A DNA stretch of 64,000 nt from assembly GCA_023205875.1 (NCBI GenBank), contig CP060755.1, forward strand, positions 1,364,001 through 1,428,000. The letters run 5' to 3'. This document shows, one piece after another, positions 21,701 to 31,379 of this stretch. Positions within the stretch are counted from its first letter, which is position 1. The number at the start of each line of letters is the position of its first letter. Under the pieces are notes generated by a model, which saw only the letters and a list, made by a program, of their open reading frames with translations, was not told where the DNA came from and searched no databases. A program made the position numbers and the translations under genes. Origin of the DNA: Chloropicon primus. Lineage: Eukaryota.

Positions 21701-23214
21701 GGGACCTGCTGCAGTGCCAAGCAGACTACGAGGAGAAGTTGAAAAATGAGCGGGACGAGACGAAGAAGATCAAAGACTTGTATGATGCCTCCCAGGCCAC
21801 CGCTCGCCTTCTTGAAGAGGACTTGGGGAAGATCCTGGCCGAGTTTGACCTGGCCGAGTCGAGAATCAAGGAATACCAAGAGATGGTCAACGCGCTGAGG
21901 GCTATCCACGAAGAGCAGGCCAAGATCGTTGCAGAAAAGCACGAAAGGGAAAAGGTGGGCTTGCGTCAGCAAATCGCGGACTTGAAAGACGAGATTGCGG
22001 GAATCCATTCGGCCCATGCGACAGAGCTGAGGGAACAAAAGGAAAGGCTGGAGGAAAGCAAGCGTAAAATGCTTGAAAAGCACCGAGTTGAGATCGAGAG
22101 TTTCGACAAGAGATTGGAGGAGCAAAATCGTGAGTTCAGCGACAGGAGGACCGAGATTCTCCAGCAGTACAAGTCTGAAATCGAACTTCTGAACAGGACA
22201 ACAAAGGAAGTGGAACAAAAGCTGCTGCTTCATATTCAAAGGATAGAGGGAGAGAAGAAAGACTTGGAGGCGGAATTGTCGAGGACGAAGGAAGAGCTGC
22301 AGAAGCATGCCTACAATGAGGACATGTTGAGCAATAAGAACTCGAGCCTGATCTCCCGAAACGATGAGCTGGAAGGATCAGCCATGCAGCACGCGGCTGA
22401 AAAGGAGCGCATCTTCATGGAACTGGAGGACTTGCGGTCTCTCGTGGAATCCACAAGAGGAGCGAATCCTTTAGCATACGCCAACATGTTTCACCCAGAC
22501 GGGGTTGACGTGGCACTGTACATGAGAACCTTGAAGCAAGACATCTTCACCACGATATCGGGCCTGAACAAAGATCTTGGAGGCTTGAAGCACGAGCTCG
22601 ATGTCCGTGACAAGAGCATTGTTTCCCTGGGAGACGAGGTGAAGGCGCTGGAAGAGGGTCTAGAAAAGAAAAGGAAGAAGAAGCGCAAGTGGAAGATGGC
22701 GTACTTGAGGCTCTCTGCCACACACGCGGAGGAACTCAATGGCCTTCAATCGCAATTGCAGCAGACGAGCGATCAACTCCAAAACCAACAAGCCAGCTGC
22801 AAGAAGGTCCAGCAAGCCCTGAGACAAGCTGCCCACCAGCTCCAACACGCGAAGAAACTAGAGGGAGCTCTGGATCAGGCTCAGGAGGAGTACGGGCAAC
22901 TGCTGACAAAGCTGAGCTCCGTCAGGCAGCAGGCCGAGTCAGAAAAGCGGCAGTCTCAGGAAGTGATAACCGCGCTCCAATCAGAGCTGGGCGCGAAGAC
23001 CAGAGTTTTTGAGCAGGCCATGTCAGAAATGAACAGCGAAGTGAATGAGCTGAAGCAGATGAAGAGGAAGCAGGAGCAAAAGCACGCTGCACATGAAGCT
23101 GCTCTCAGGTACGAAGAGGAGGCCCGGGCGAGGAGAAAGAAGGTAGTGGAGCCAAGCGACGACGCGAAAGAAAACTTCAAGGAGAGGGAGAGGTATTCTG
23201 GATTCGTTTGTTGA
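18766..23214 (+). CDS. Large protein: N-terminal WD40 beta-propeller plus ~1100-aa coiled coil
   Basis: WD repeats (GNVLLWD, TGSIDFVVKIWD, GKLVIWD) followed by an E/K/L-rich heptad region; single long ORF. Confidence 0.85.
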   Translation: MNSLSGSALARRRMGRPGGKDETEAPASISEDALSWATVSEAASTSLASVKTVSFDPSSRTLFATHKTGNVLLWDWESGGFETFLAVDKDRDDMVHAVLCVGDTLWVSSGKGKIILYDIATVKTVTKVVAHTAEVFCMRRVSGTGVAKVLTGSIDFVVKIWDEDAMLVSHSSHHHGAILCAVQVRAPRLGRDLDHPQIWTGSHDGTVFKWNDTNKDGEVSKEEGATLKHATSEAVTCLEQVNDYIWAGTERGKLVIWDLDEEEPVCEIPAHKERISSVCDMGRSAWSAGADKVILGWSARSLPVRPKMLYKVDAEIGYVKNMIRINWGLWVFHSKGLAIYSAASSLEDAQDRCEQLLEEKDRLASKMKDLADDVAHGKAVEDSLEHQLRTLSARQEKAKAELANTKGQLADTRSELEEAKKKHEDSAKEASEDMQRKDDQAKAKEAELDGLKQKLGELEAKSRDAKDLAKKQEQKLAEELQAKQEELASKEMELAAKGSSAIEEKERLEGELSSKASELEKKEQDMSSLQKRLEEEKREKDATVATLQSEFEVKLQRETEAKEGEIEKLRAELQAKAEKEQREKEGEIAALKERMRAQLEAEKTQRDGELADLRTKLQAELDAEREDNKREIESLLNRIGELESRAENSAGENQKLLESKDREKMGLEQELAEALRGKDEAEKQAGSLQDQVSRNLEDIKRFQDQITGLNDKMSALESELKKRESELADKSSEVEKLENEQSSLRETSTKTLDEALAKSQAEREDMEGKLNTEIKGLQDKLADISRSRDEGLRDSEGKLREAEASVSSLQESLSKSETDNARLENENSKLAEDVKNLRSNHAKTLLLAGSKHQELLARSRKEMEEKSLQYEKTIEAKDAEIKDLQNKHSEACGEYEERLKEVEEARDGREAEMAGEIDKLQEELQEKEGECSQQRSHAQEKEEEYESTIRSKDEAHRSEVAELEGKVRECEDLLENQKGDLLQCQADYEEKLKNERDETKKIKDLYDASQATARLLEEDLGKILAEFDLAESRIKEYQEMVNALRAIHEEQAKIVAEKHEREKVGLRQQIADLKDEIAGIHSAHATELREQKERLEESKRKMLEKHRVEIESFDKRLEEQNREFSDRRTEILQQYKSEIELLNRTTKEVEQKLLLHIQRIEGEKKDLEAELSRTKEELQKHAYNEDMLSNKNSSLISRNDELEGSAMQHAAEKERIFMELEDLRSLVESTRGANPLAYANMFHPDGVDVALYMRTLKQDIFTTISGLNKDLGGLKHELDVRDKSIVSLGDEVKALEEGLEKKRKKKRKWKMAYLRLSATHAEELNGLQSQLQQTSDQLQNQQASCKKVQQALRQAAHQLQHAKKLEGALDQAQEEYGQLLTKLSSVRQQAESEKRQSQEVITALQSELGAKTRVFEQAMSEMNSEVNELKQMKRKQEQKHAAHEAALRYEEEARARRKKVVEPSDDAKENFKERERYSGFVC

Positions 23215-23262
23215 TTGCTTGTATGTGTACGAGAATATTTTTGTCCTTTAAAAGAAAGAAAT

Positions 23263-25296
23263 TTACCCACGTATTGTCATCTCAGCCTCTCTCGCAAAGA
23301 AACGAACGTCGTGGTCCACATCGTCCTGCATGTCTGCGAGCCAAGGTTTAATGGTCGACGAAACTATAGCTGGGTCCACGCACGGAATCACGTCCTTCAT
23401 CAACCTGCAAGCATGGAATCTGACATTTGGAACCTTGTCCTTGTTGAACTTCATCAGCTCTGGAAGGAGCATCGTCTGAAGGATCTCCGAGCTGACCACC
23501 GTCGCCATGGCCCCCACTGCTTCCATGATAGTCATGCGAAGAAGGAAATGTGGGTGCTGGAGCTTATCCAACATCTTTGGCAAAACGAATTCTTGAACCC
23601 AATCACTTCCAAAGTCTTCCGCAAGATTCTTCAAGTTCTGGGCTGCAGCAGTTCTAATCGTTGCCACGCTGTCTTCAAGCCACTGGATGCAGAGCTTTCC
23701 CAAGATGTCGTTGAATGAGAAGATGCCCAGCTGTCTTGCAAGGAGAGGGAAATAATTTATGATGGCGAGCCTGACACGCCAATGTCTGTCCTCGGCCAGA
23801 GCGACGATTGCAGGCAAAAGGTTCTTCTGAAGCAACTGAATCCCAATGATCTTGCTCACTTGCTCCAAGTTGCGGATGATATTCAGTCTCACGTCTGGGA
23901 ACTCGTCTCTAAGCAAGGTCAGAATGATTGGCAGCAAGTTCGTCTCGATCTCGTTTCCGTCATCAAAAATTGGGGCAATGACCATGACCGCGATTGCGAT
24001 CGCGGCGCGGACGTGCTGCGAGGTGTCGTTGGACAGCTCCTTCAAGCAAGGCAGGATCTCCGTCAAGGTCAAGGCACCGCCAACAAAACCGCAAAAGTCG
24101 CCAGCCTTTTGAGCAGCTGCGACGCGCACCTCAGCCTCGTTGTCCTTGAGAAGGTTGACGTAGACCGTGACAAGCTCGGCCATGGTGATCTCTTTGCCAA
24201 TGACATCGCAGAGCTCATTGACCTGCTGGGCGACCATGTACCTCACCCTCCAGGACTTGTCGGAGGAAAACTTTTGGACTGCTGGCAATATCTTGGAAGT
24301 CGACCCCTCCTTCCCAAGCAGCTTGGCGAGGGCAGAGCAGGTTCCCACGGCAAGGAGCCTCACAGAGTCCTGGTCGTCCTCGCAAAGCTCGGCGAAGATG
24401 GTCATCACCTCCGTCATCAATCGCTCCTTCTCCAACTTCTCTGCGTACTTTCCGAGCTGCTGAGCAGCGGCTCTCCTAACCATCGGGGTCTCGTCCTTGC
24501 AGAGCTCGTTGAATCCCACCCTAAGCTCCTGCTTCACCTCGTCGGAGGACTTCTCGTAAGCAACAGCGAAAAGGCCGCAGGACGACACTCTGGCCGTGAA
24601 CCACTCCGTCTTCGCCAGGCGGGTCACGAGGGGAATGTAGTGCAACTCCAGCGCGCCCCCGTCCATCTGCTCCGCGATCTTGCACAGGCTCTCCACGGCC
24701 TTCTCCCTCACCACGGTCTCCTCGACAGTCGCGAGGGACTCCAAGGGCGGCAGGAGGTGGAAGGCAAACTTGACTCCCCCCACGACTGGCACGAAGTTCC
24801 CGAGCTCCTCCGCGAGGACCGTCAGGGCCTCGTCCTCATCCTCCGTGCTCTCGCTCAGAAAAGGAATGAGCTCCTCCCTCGTCCGCTCGGGACCCAGGGC
24901 CTTGGCGATGATAGTCAAGCGCCGAAGCGAGTTCAACCGAATCACGATGTCATCGTTCTTCAGCTCGTCGATCAGGACGGCTATAGGATACAAGTCTTCG
25001 GACGACTCCGTCTGAACACACGTCGCGGCGCGAAAGGAAGGAAGCAGGCGCAAGACACAAAGCGGCAACGAAGCAGATCCCACAGTTAGTCAACGCCGCT
25101 CCGCACGCCAAGGAACATCGGGGCCGAACGAACGAACGAAAGAAAGAAAGCAACACTCCCAAACAAACAAAAAGACCGAAAAAGTCTCCCGCGCCTTTCC
25201 CGGAACCGAGCCAAACCCACGGACTCCCCCTCGCCCAAACAACTCTGGGCGCTCGTATGGCATCGCATCATCCCAAAGGTCTCGCCTACTCACCAT
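23263..25296 (-). CDS. PP2AA: Protein phosphatase 2A scaffold subunit A (HEAT repeats); first coding exon is ATG only, intron 25012-25293
   Basis: [36 protein letters not shown] and DKSWRVRY motifs; ATG|GTGAGT donor, GACTAAC branch near 25090, TTCAG acceptor. Confidence 0.95.
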
Positions 25297-25644
25297 CTTC
25301 TCTTTTCCAACCACGCGCGCGGTCTCCCTTGTCCCTCCTCCCGAGGCGCGTTCCCTTGGGTCGCTCTCTCTCGCTCCTCTCCTGACCTAGGCCTAGGCCC
25401 TTTGAATTGAAAATTTCCGCGATTCTAGCGACCGAGGGAGGCGGAGCTCGGGCAGCCAGTGAAGCGAAGGGGACAGCAGCGTCGAAGAGAGAGGAGAGAG
25501 GAAGGGGACGAGGACGAGGACTGGGGGCGAGGGCAGGAGGAAGGAGCGAGAGATCTTGCCCTTGCGTTTGTGGTACCTTGAGAGAGACGACGGAGCCGTG
25601 GTGAGGACTGGAGGAAGGAAAGGGGAGAGGGAGAGGGATCGAAC

Positions 25645-27294
25645 ACGGCCACGGTGGGGTTGCTCAGGGGAAGGTGCAGGCGGGTTGGAGCCAGCAGGTT
25701 GGCGACGACGACTTGGAGGCCAGCGGGATTGCGAGTTGGGTGCGCCTCGGGAGCGAGGAGGCTTGTTTCACCTGGTCGCAATAGGAGGCTTGTGGTTGGG
25801 GCGAAAAGTGATGGGCGGCAACTAGAAGGTGACGAGGGGAATTCTGGAGGGCGCGAGGACAGCGGGAGGGCTGCGTTGGAACGACGGGGGGGAGAAAGTA
25901 TGAGCCGAAACCTTAGGGATCGCCGAGGTCGGGGGGACGCGGGCAGGGAAGACGTTGAAGTGAGTCTGGGGGAGGGGCCTGTGCCGAGCTACGACAAGAG
26001 GGGCGGGAAGAAGGGAGGACTCCTTGATTTGGAGATAAGCGGTGTGCCGGCAACCGACTTGTGCGCGATATTGTCCGTGTACTTCGTTCAGGGAAGCATG
26101 AACTTGTCCAGGATAGCGCTCTCGCTGTTCCTGAAGGATGATCTGAACCTGAGCCCGGCACAAGCCTCGCTGATAGAATCCTCGTCTTACATTCCCTGGA
26201 CAGTCAAACCGATCTATGGCTTCTTGAGTGACTCGCTGCCGCTGAACGGGTACAAGAGGAAGTCTTATCTGCAAATCTGCGGCATCCTGAACAGCATTGC
26301 TTGGCTGTTCTTCGCCTATTACGTGAACAGCCCTGCCCTGGCAACGGTGGCGATCGTGGGGAGTGCTGTCGGAACGGCCTGCAGCGACGTCGTCGTCGAC
26401 TCGATTGTCGTCGAGAGGTCGAGAGACCAGGAGACGGCTGGAACTCTACAGTCGCTTTGCTGGATGTCTTACGCAACAGGGGGGATTATCTCGTCCTTCT
26501 TCAGTGGCAAGCTCGTGGAAAACATGGGGTCCAGGGGGGTTTTCAAGCTCACAGCGCTGGTTCCCCTCCTGACTTTCCTCTTCTCCTTTGTTCTGCACGA
26601 AGAGAGGATAAAAGGCTCTGAAAGCAAGAAGCCCCTGGCGAGTAGAATTGGGAGCCAGACCAAGAGACTGGCGGCGGCGGTGAAGCAGCCGGCCATCCTG
26701 TACCCCGTGATATTCATTTTCATTTTCCAGGCAACCCCGAATCCGGAGGGGGCCTTCTTCTTCTTCAAGACGGAGAAGCTGGGGTTCTCCCCTGACTTTT
26801 TGGGACAAGTTAACTTTGTGTCACGAGTTGCGATGCTCTTGGGCATTGGGTTTTACAACAGGTCTCTGAAGAGAGTCCCACTGAGAACCGTGTTCTTGTG
26901 GGTGATCATCGTCGGATTCTTGTTGGGCTCGACCCAGCTGCTTCTGATTTCGGGTTACAACAGGACACTCGGGATAAGTGACGAAATTTTTGCTCTTGGG
27001 GACAGCGCAGTCCTCACTGTCCTTGGACAGCTGTCTTTCATGCCCCTGCTCGTGCTTGCGGCACAGATCTGCCCAGAGGGGGTGGAGGCAACACTTTTTG
27101 CGACGTTGATGAGTATTTTGAATTCTGGGTCGTTCATTGGCACGAGCTTGGGTGCCTCTCTGACCCAGCTATTTGGCGTAACTTCGGAGAACTTCGACAA
27201 CATGTTTTCATTGGTGTCGACGTGCCTGCTCCTGCAGCTTGTTCCTCTCATGTTCTTAAAACTAGTGCCGGACGATCTAACTTCGGAAGAGTAA
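25645..27294 (+). CDS. Folate-biopterin transporter (BT1/FBT family, MFS), probably plastid; start uncertain (first in-frame ATG at 25900)
   Basis: VYFVQG, PWTVKPIYGFLSD, GYKRKSYL, SDVVVDSIVVE and CPEGVEATLFATLMSI motifs. Confidence 0.92.
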   Translation, partial: TATVGLLRGRCRRVGASRLATTTWRPAGLRVGCASGARRLVSPGRNRRLVVGAKSDGRQLEGDEGNSGGREDSGRAALERRGGESMSRNLRDRRGRGDAGREDVEVSLGEGPVPSYDKRGGKKGGLLDLEISGVPATDLCAILSVYFVQGSMNLSRIALSLFLKDDLNLSPAQASLIESSSYIPWTVKPIYGFLSDSLPLNGYKRKSYLQICGILNSIAWLFFAYYVNSPALATVAIVGSAVGTACSDVVVDSIVVERSRDQETAGTLQSLCWMSYATGGIISSFFSGKLVENMGSRGVFKLTALVPLLTFLFSFVLHEERIKGSESKKPLASRIGSQTKRLAAAVKQPAILYPVIFIFIFQATPNPEGAFFFFKTEKLGFSPDFLGQVNFVSRVAMLLGIGFYNRSLKRVPLRTVFLWVIIVGFLLGSTQLLLISGYNRTLGISDEIFALGDSAVLTVLGQLSFMPLLVLAAQICPEGVEATLFATLMSILNSGSFIGTSLGASLTQLFGVTSENFDNMFSLVSTCLLLQLVPLMFLKLVPDDLTSEE

Positions 27295-27407
27295 TATAAT
27301 GAGAAAGTAAGATTTGATTCAAACTTGAAGCCACAGCCCAATCTGTGATCTCTCTTGATATGTTATTGTACACAAGTGTCTCCCCCGCCACCCGAGACGG
27401 ACTAAGA

Positions 27408-27672
27408 CTAAGTGAGCAAAAGAAGAGAGAGAGAGAAAGTTAGCAAGCGGTTCAACCAAAGTAATTGGTCACGAGAACGATTGAGCAAAAATATCCCTGC
27501 GTCTCACACTTCAAGATGAAATCGTGTCACCGTGGGAGTTGAGTCCACAGGAGTGAATCTTGGCGGAGTTTAGCGCTGAAGTGATGTTACGGCTTTTATA
27601 AACATCCCAGTGACTCTATTGAGCTCCGCCCTTGGTGACTACTGGCAAGTGGGCAGCAAGAAGCATCCTTAC
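27408..27672 (-). other. Putative 3'-UTR intron of the pseudokinase gene containing hairpin structures
   Basis: Minus strand: AG|GTAAGG donor 16 nt after the stop, GCTAAC branch (27444-27439), CT-rich tract, TTAG acceptor. Confidence 0.65.
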
Positions 27673-27688
27673 CTTTTTGCAGCCCCCT

Positions 27689-28909
27689 TTATTCAATCGT
27701 CGCTTGTTCAAACACCCCCAAACACGACTCCGCGGTTGGTCTTGATTTCCACCCTGGATTCACCATGGCCTCTATCAAGCCCCACCCATCAAAACTGTCC
27801 AGCCACTCCACTGCTTCCTGGTACTGTTCGTCGGCCCGTATGAAGTCCCTCATTTCTCCCTTGATGCTCCCAGAGAAGGTCACATCCACGTACCTCCTCA
27901 AAGTCGCCATGTCCAAGGGTGTGCCCTCAGGGGAGAAGGACTTCAATATCACGTAGAGGAGCACCAAGCCCATCTCGTAAATGTCATCCGCGATTCCAAA
28001 ATTCTTCTTCTGAAAGTAGCTCTCGCACCCACTCTCCTCGGACCTCCTCCACAGGTCCATTTCTCGCTGCTTCCTGACATTCATCCCCTCCCCGGCGTCG
28101 TCCCTCCCAGCCTCCCACAGCTCGGCCAAGGTGCCACCTCCCCTGAGGTTTGCCTCGCCGACGCTCACACAGAAACTCAGCTCCCTCAATTTCACCTTCA
28201 CCTGCTTTTCCCTCTCGTCCACCGTCGAGAGCAGCACGCAGTCTGGGGTCAAGTTTTGGTGAAGGAGCTCCGCTGCGTGGAGCTGCTGCAACCCTCCGAG
28301 GGCACCCCTGACAACCTGGATCAAGAAGGCCTTCCTTCTCTTCAAGTCGAGTTCGGGATCGATGAAACTCAGCAAGGTCCAGTTCCTCTGCTGCTTCTGC
28401 TCCCCGATCCCCTTGGCCTGCTCGCACCAGTAGGACAAGGGATAGATGCAATCGTTGGAGAACACGAGCCACCTCTCCCCGACCCTCCCATCGTACGTCC
28501 CCAAAAGAGAGCACACGTTTTCGCAGTGGCCGCTTCGCGCAACCCGGGCGTGGGCAGCCACTTCGTTCGCTGCCAAATCAGCGCACTGCTCGGGGTACTC
28601 TTTCGCTATGACCATGCCTTCGAACCCCGCCGCGCATATCGCGCCGCTGTACACCCTCACTGTCGCCTTCACCTCGTCCACTGAGGTCAACCCACTTATG
28701 GAGTCTATCCTCTTGAGGGCAAGCTCGCCGATTTGCCTGAGGTCGCTGAAGTCCTCCGCGTTGAACTCATAGAGCGGCTCCGCGGCACGACAACGGACGC
28801 AAGGTCGCAAGCTTCGCCGGCTCTCGGCCCTTGGTCTCAGCTCCCACGGGGCCTTCGCGACCGCTCTCGGGCAGCGCCACGACATGCGCTGCCCAAGACT
28901 GAAGGACAT
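27689..28909 (-). CDS. Plastid-targeted protein-kinase-like protein (probable pseudokinase)
   Basis: Transit peptide ending near VRCRA; VIAKEY Lys; LHQNL and RELSF in place of HRD and DFG; FGIADDIYEMGL; RPTAESCL. Confidence 0.8.
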   Translation of the reverse strand: MSFSLGQRMSWRCPRAVAKAPWELRPRAESRRSLRPCVRCRAAEPLYEFNAEDFSDLRQIGELALKRIDSISGLTSVDEVKATVRVYSGAICAAGFEGMVIAKEYPEQCADLAANEVAAHARVARSGHCENVCSLLGTYDGRVGERWLVFSNDCIYPLSYWCEQAKGIGEQKQQRNWTLLSFIDPELDLKRRKAFLIQVVRGALGGLQQLHAAELLHQNLTPDCVLLSTVDEREKQVKVKLRELSFCVSVGEANLRGGGTLAELWEAGRDDAGEGMNVRKQREMDLWRRSEESGCESYFQKKNFGIADDIYEMGLVLLYVILKSFSPEGTPLDMATLRRYVDVTFSGSIKGEMRDFIRADEQYQEAVEWLDSFDGWGLIEAMVNPGWKSRPTAESCLGVFEQATIE

Positions 28910-29147
28910 GAAATCGTCGTCGTCGTGGGCGCCGTCGTCGTCGTTTTTATTTCCGAAATTGAGCCCTCCTTCTTAGTGCTTGCGTTGCGAGAGAGCAACA
29001 CGACTACTGGACGAGTCCTATAAAGCGTCATAAGTGTTACAATATATGGTATGGTATGGTATGGTACAATTGTCTTGGCTCCGGCACCGCGCCTTTGCGT
29101 GTGGTGGAAACGCGTCAGTGGCGCTTCTTCTCTTCCCTTCGTCATAT

Positions 29148-30193
29148 TCAGTCGTGGGGGTGAAAGAAGGCACAGCACATGAAACCGACGAGGAACCAGG
29201 CAATGCTGGAGACTACGAAGCGATTCTTGGTGTCGTCCCTGTCCGTCTCTTGCCTGAAGAGGGACTTCGTGTAGAGCCAGAGCATCGGGAAGAGCAGCGA
29301 GAGCAGGAGCTTGCGCTCCACGCTCTTCTGACTCCTACTGGTCGAGAAGTTCCACATCAAACCCAGGGCGAGAAGGACGGAGACGTGCGTGAGCCACCTG
29401 GGCAACCTGCTGGGCTGCCTCGACCGAGCCCTCAGCCCGGTCTTGCTCGGGTCCCCGACCGCGAAATCCCCTTGCCTCGATTGCCTGTAAGACGCCTTCC
29501 TGTCCCCCCTAACCCCGTGCGACGCCTTCTTGTCCCGAACCGCCTCAAAAACTCTGGCGACATCCGCCCTTATCTCCCTCATCTCCTCGAAGGTGTCCTC
29601 CCTCAGCCTCTCCGCCTTCTTCAACTCCGACTCGTACACTTGGAGCCGCTCTTGGAGCTCGTGGGTCTCCCGCCGGAGCACCCTGGAGTACTGGCTCACG
29701 CATTCTATCTCAGTCCTCAGTTTGCTGCGCGTTTCGTTGCGGCAACCGGAGTGATCACAGCCAAGGCGGACACGATTTCGAGTGGACGCAAAGGGCGCAA
29801 AGGGTGCAAGGGTGAAAAATCAGGGCCTCGAGCGTCAGTCTCATCACCTAATGGCGGGAGCAGGGACGACGCCCAGTCCTCCCCCTGGCCCCCTTGGCGT
29901 CGGTCGTCCCGGAAGCACCCGCCGCGTCACGATCGCGAGGGGGCCAGGGGGGAGAGACCGAGGAGGGGACAAAAGAAAGAAGAACGTCGCGGCGTACAGT
30001 AATTCTCCTACCTTCCTAGCAAATTGTTCACGGCCGTGGTCACCCTCTTGAAGAACCTTTGGGGCGTCGTGAGCGTCAGCACCACGAGCTTCAAAAGGAC
30101 GACCCACATGCGAAGTGACAGCGTGAAGGGAGCCGCAGTCACCTTCAGCGTCGCCTTCGCCGCCTGCACGGCCACCTCCTTCGGGCCCACCAT
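29148..30193 (-). CDS. Hypothetical membrane protein (coiled coil plus C-terminal TM helices); intron 29725-30011
   Basis: MVGPKE...NNLLG exon spliced (AG|GTAGG...GCAG|C) in frame to KLRTEIECVSQYSRV...; three hydrophobic C-terminal segments. Confidence 0.6.
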
Positions 30194-30325
30194 GCCCTCC
30201 TCCTCCTTCAAGCTGGCGTCCTTCTCTTTCCGAACGAAAGCCGCTTGCCTTTTTGGAGATGGGGCGGGACGAGAGGTCGGGCGAAGGCAGAGAGACGTGA
30301 AAGAGGAAGCGGTGCAGTGGGTGTC

Positions 30326-31189
30326 ATGAAGCGTATATTTGGAGTGAGGAAGGAGAAGGCGCCTCCGCCATCTTTGGACGATGCCACGAATAGCATCAAC
30401 TCGAGGGGAGACAAGTAAGTGGGTGGGGGTTGTCCACAAATCCAATCCTCATGTGTGGGAGAGGAGAGAAGAAGAAGGAAGCGATTGGACTTGATTCTCA
30501 CTGCTTTTTGCTCGGATCGTGTGGGATCAGACTGACTGACCGCGTCTGCTCTTCTTTTCGGAAACCCTCCCGCGCCTGTGAACAAAAGTGTCGACGCGAG
30601 GATTGCAAAGCTAGACACTCAGCTGGCCAAGTACAAGGCCCAAATCAGCAAAATGCGCCCGGGAGCGTCCCAGGACGCTGTGAAGAGGCGGGCCCTTGTG
30701 ATCCTGAAGCAGAAGCGAATGTACGAGGGCCAGAGGGAGCAGCTGTACCAGCACGGCTTCAACCTGGAGAACGCAGCCTTTGCCGCCCAGAACATCAAGG
30801 ACAACATCACCCAAGTGCAGGCCATGAAGGCCGCGCACAAGGACTTCAAGAAGCAGTTCAAGGCCAAGGAGCTCGACATTGACTACATCGACAACATGCA
30901 GGACGACATGCAGGAGATGATGGAGATGACGAACGAAATCAACGAGAGCTTGGGCAGGACCTACGCCGTTCCCGACGAGATAGACGAGTCGGACCTCATG
31001 GACGAGTTGGACGCCCTGGAGCTGGAGCTCGGCGACGAGGCCCTGGAAGAGGGCAACGAGGGGGAGCCTTCCTACCTGCAGGAGCCTGACTTGCCCTCGG
31101 CGCCGACGGGTCAAGGGGCGGATGAGTTTGGAGTGCCGAAAGAGCAGGAGAGCGAAGAGGCGGAGCCTGTTGCGGTGAACCAGAGCTGA
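30326..31189 (+). CDS. VPS60: ESCRT-III-related VPS60/CHMP5 (Snf7 family); intron 30415-30588
   Basis: MKRIFG exon with GTAAGT donor; RALVILKQKRMYEGQR and EINESLGRTY motifs. Confidence 0.92.
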
Positions 31190-31379
31190 TGAGAGAAAGC
31201 TGCGGACGAAAATTGCTGTACAAGTAAATCGAAAGTTTGGGGGGGGGGCCTGGTGTTCGCTCTGAGTTCACCACTTCAAAGCGTCGATTTGTAATGATAA
31301 TGAATAGTGCTACACTTGTTAATATTTATCCCACGCCTCTCTCCTCACTTCACACACACACACACCGCCACGCACGCGG

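Noticed and set aside
27506..27583. Possible + strand C/D snoRNA (AAGATGA...CTGA with CACTTCA/TGAAGTG ends)
   Set aside because: Box C is imperfect, no rRNA target was recognised, and it lies antisense to the predicted host intron
27583..27606. Loop GGCTTTTAT resembling U5 snRNA loop I
   Set aside because: Differs from the invariant GCCUUUUAC, and there is no Sm site plus 3' stem-loop in the expected place
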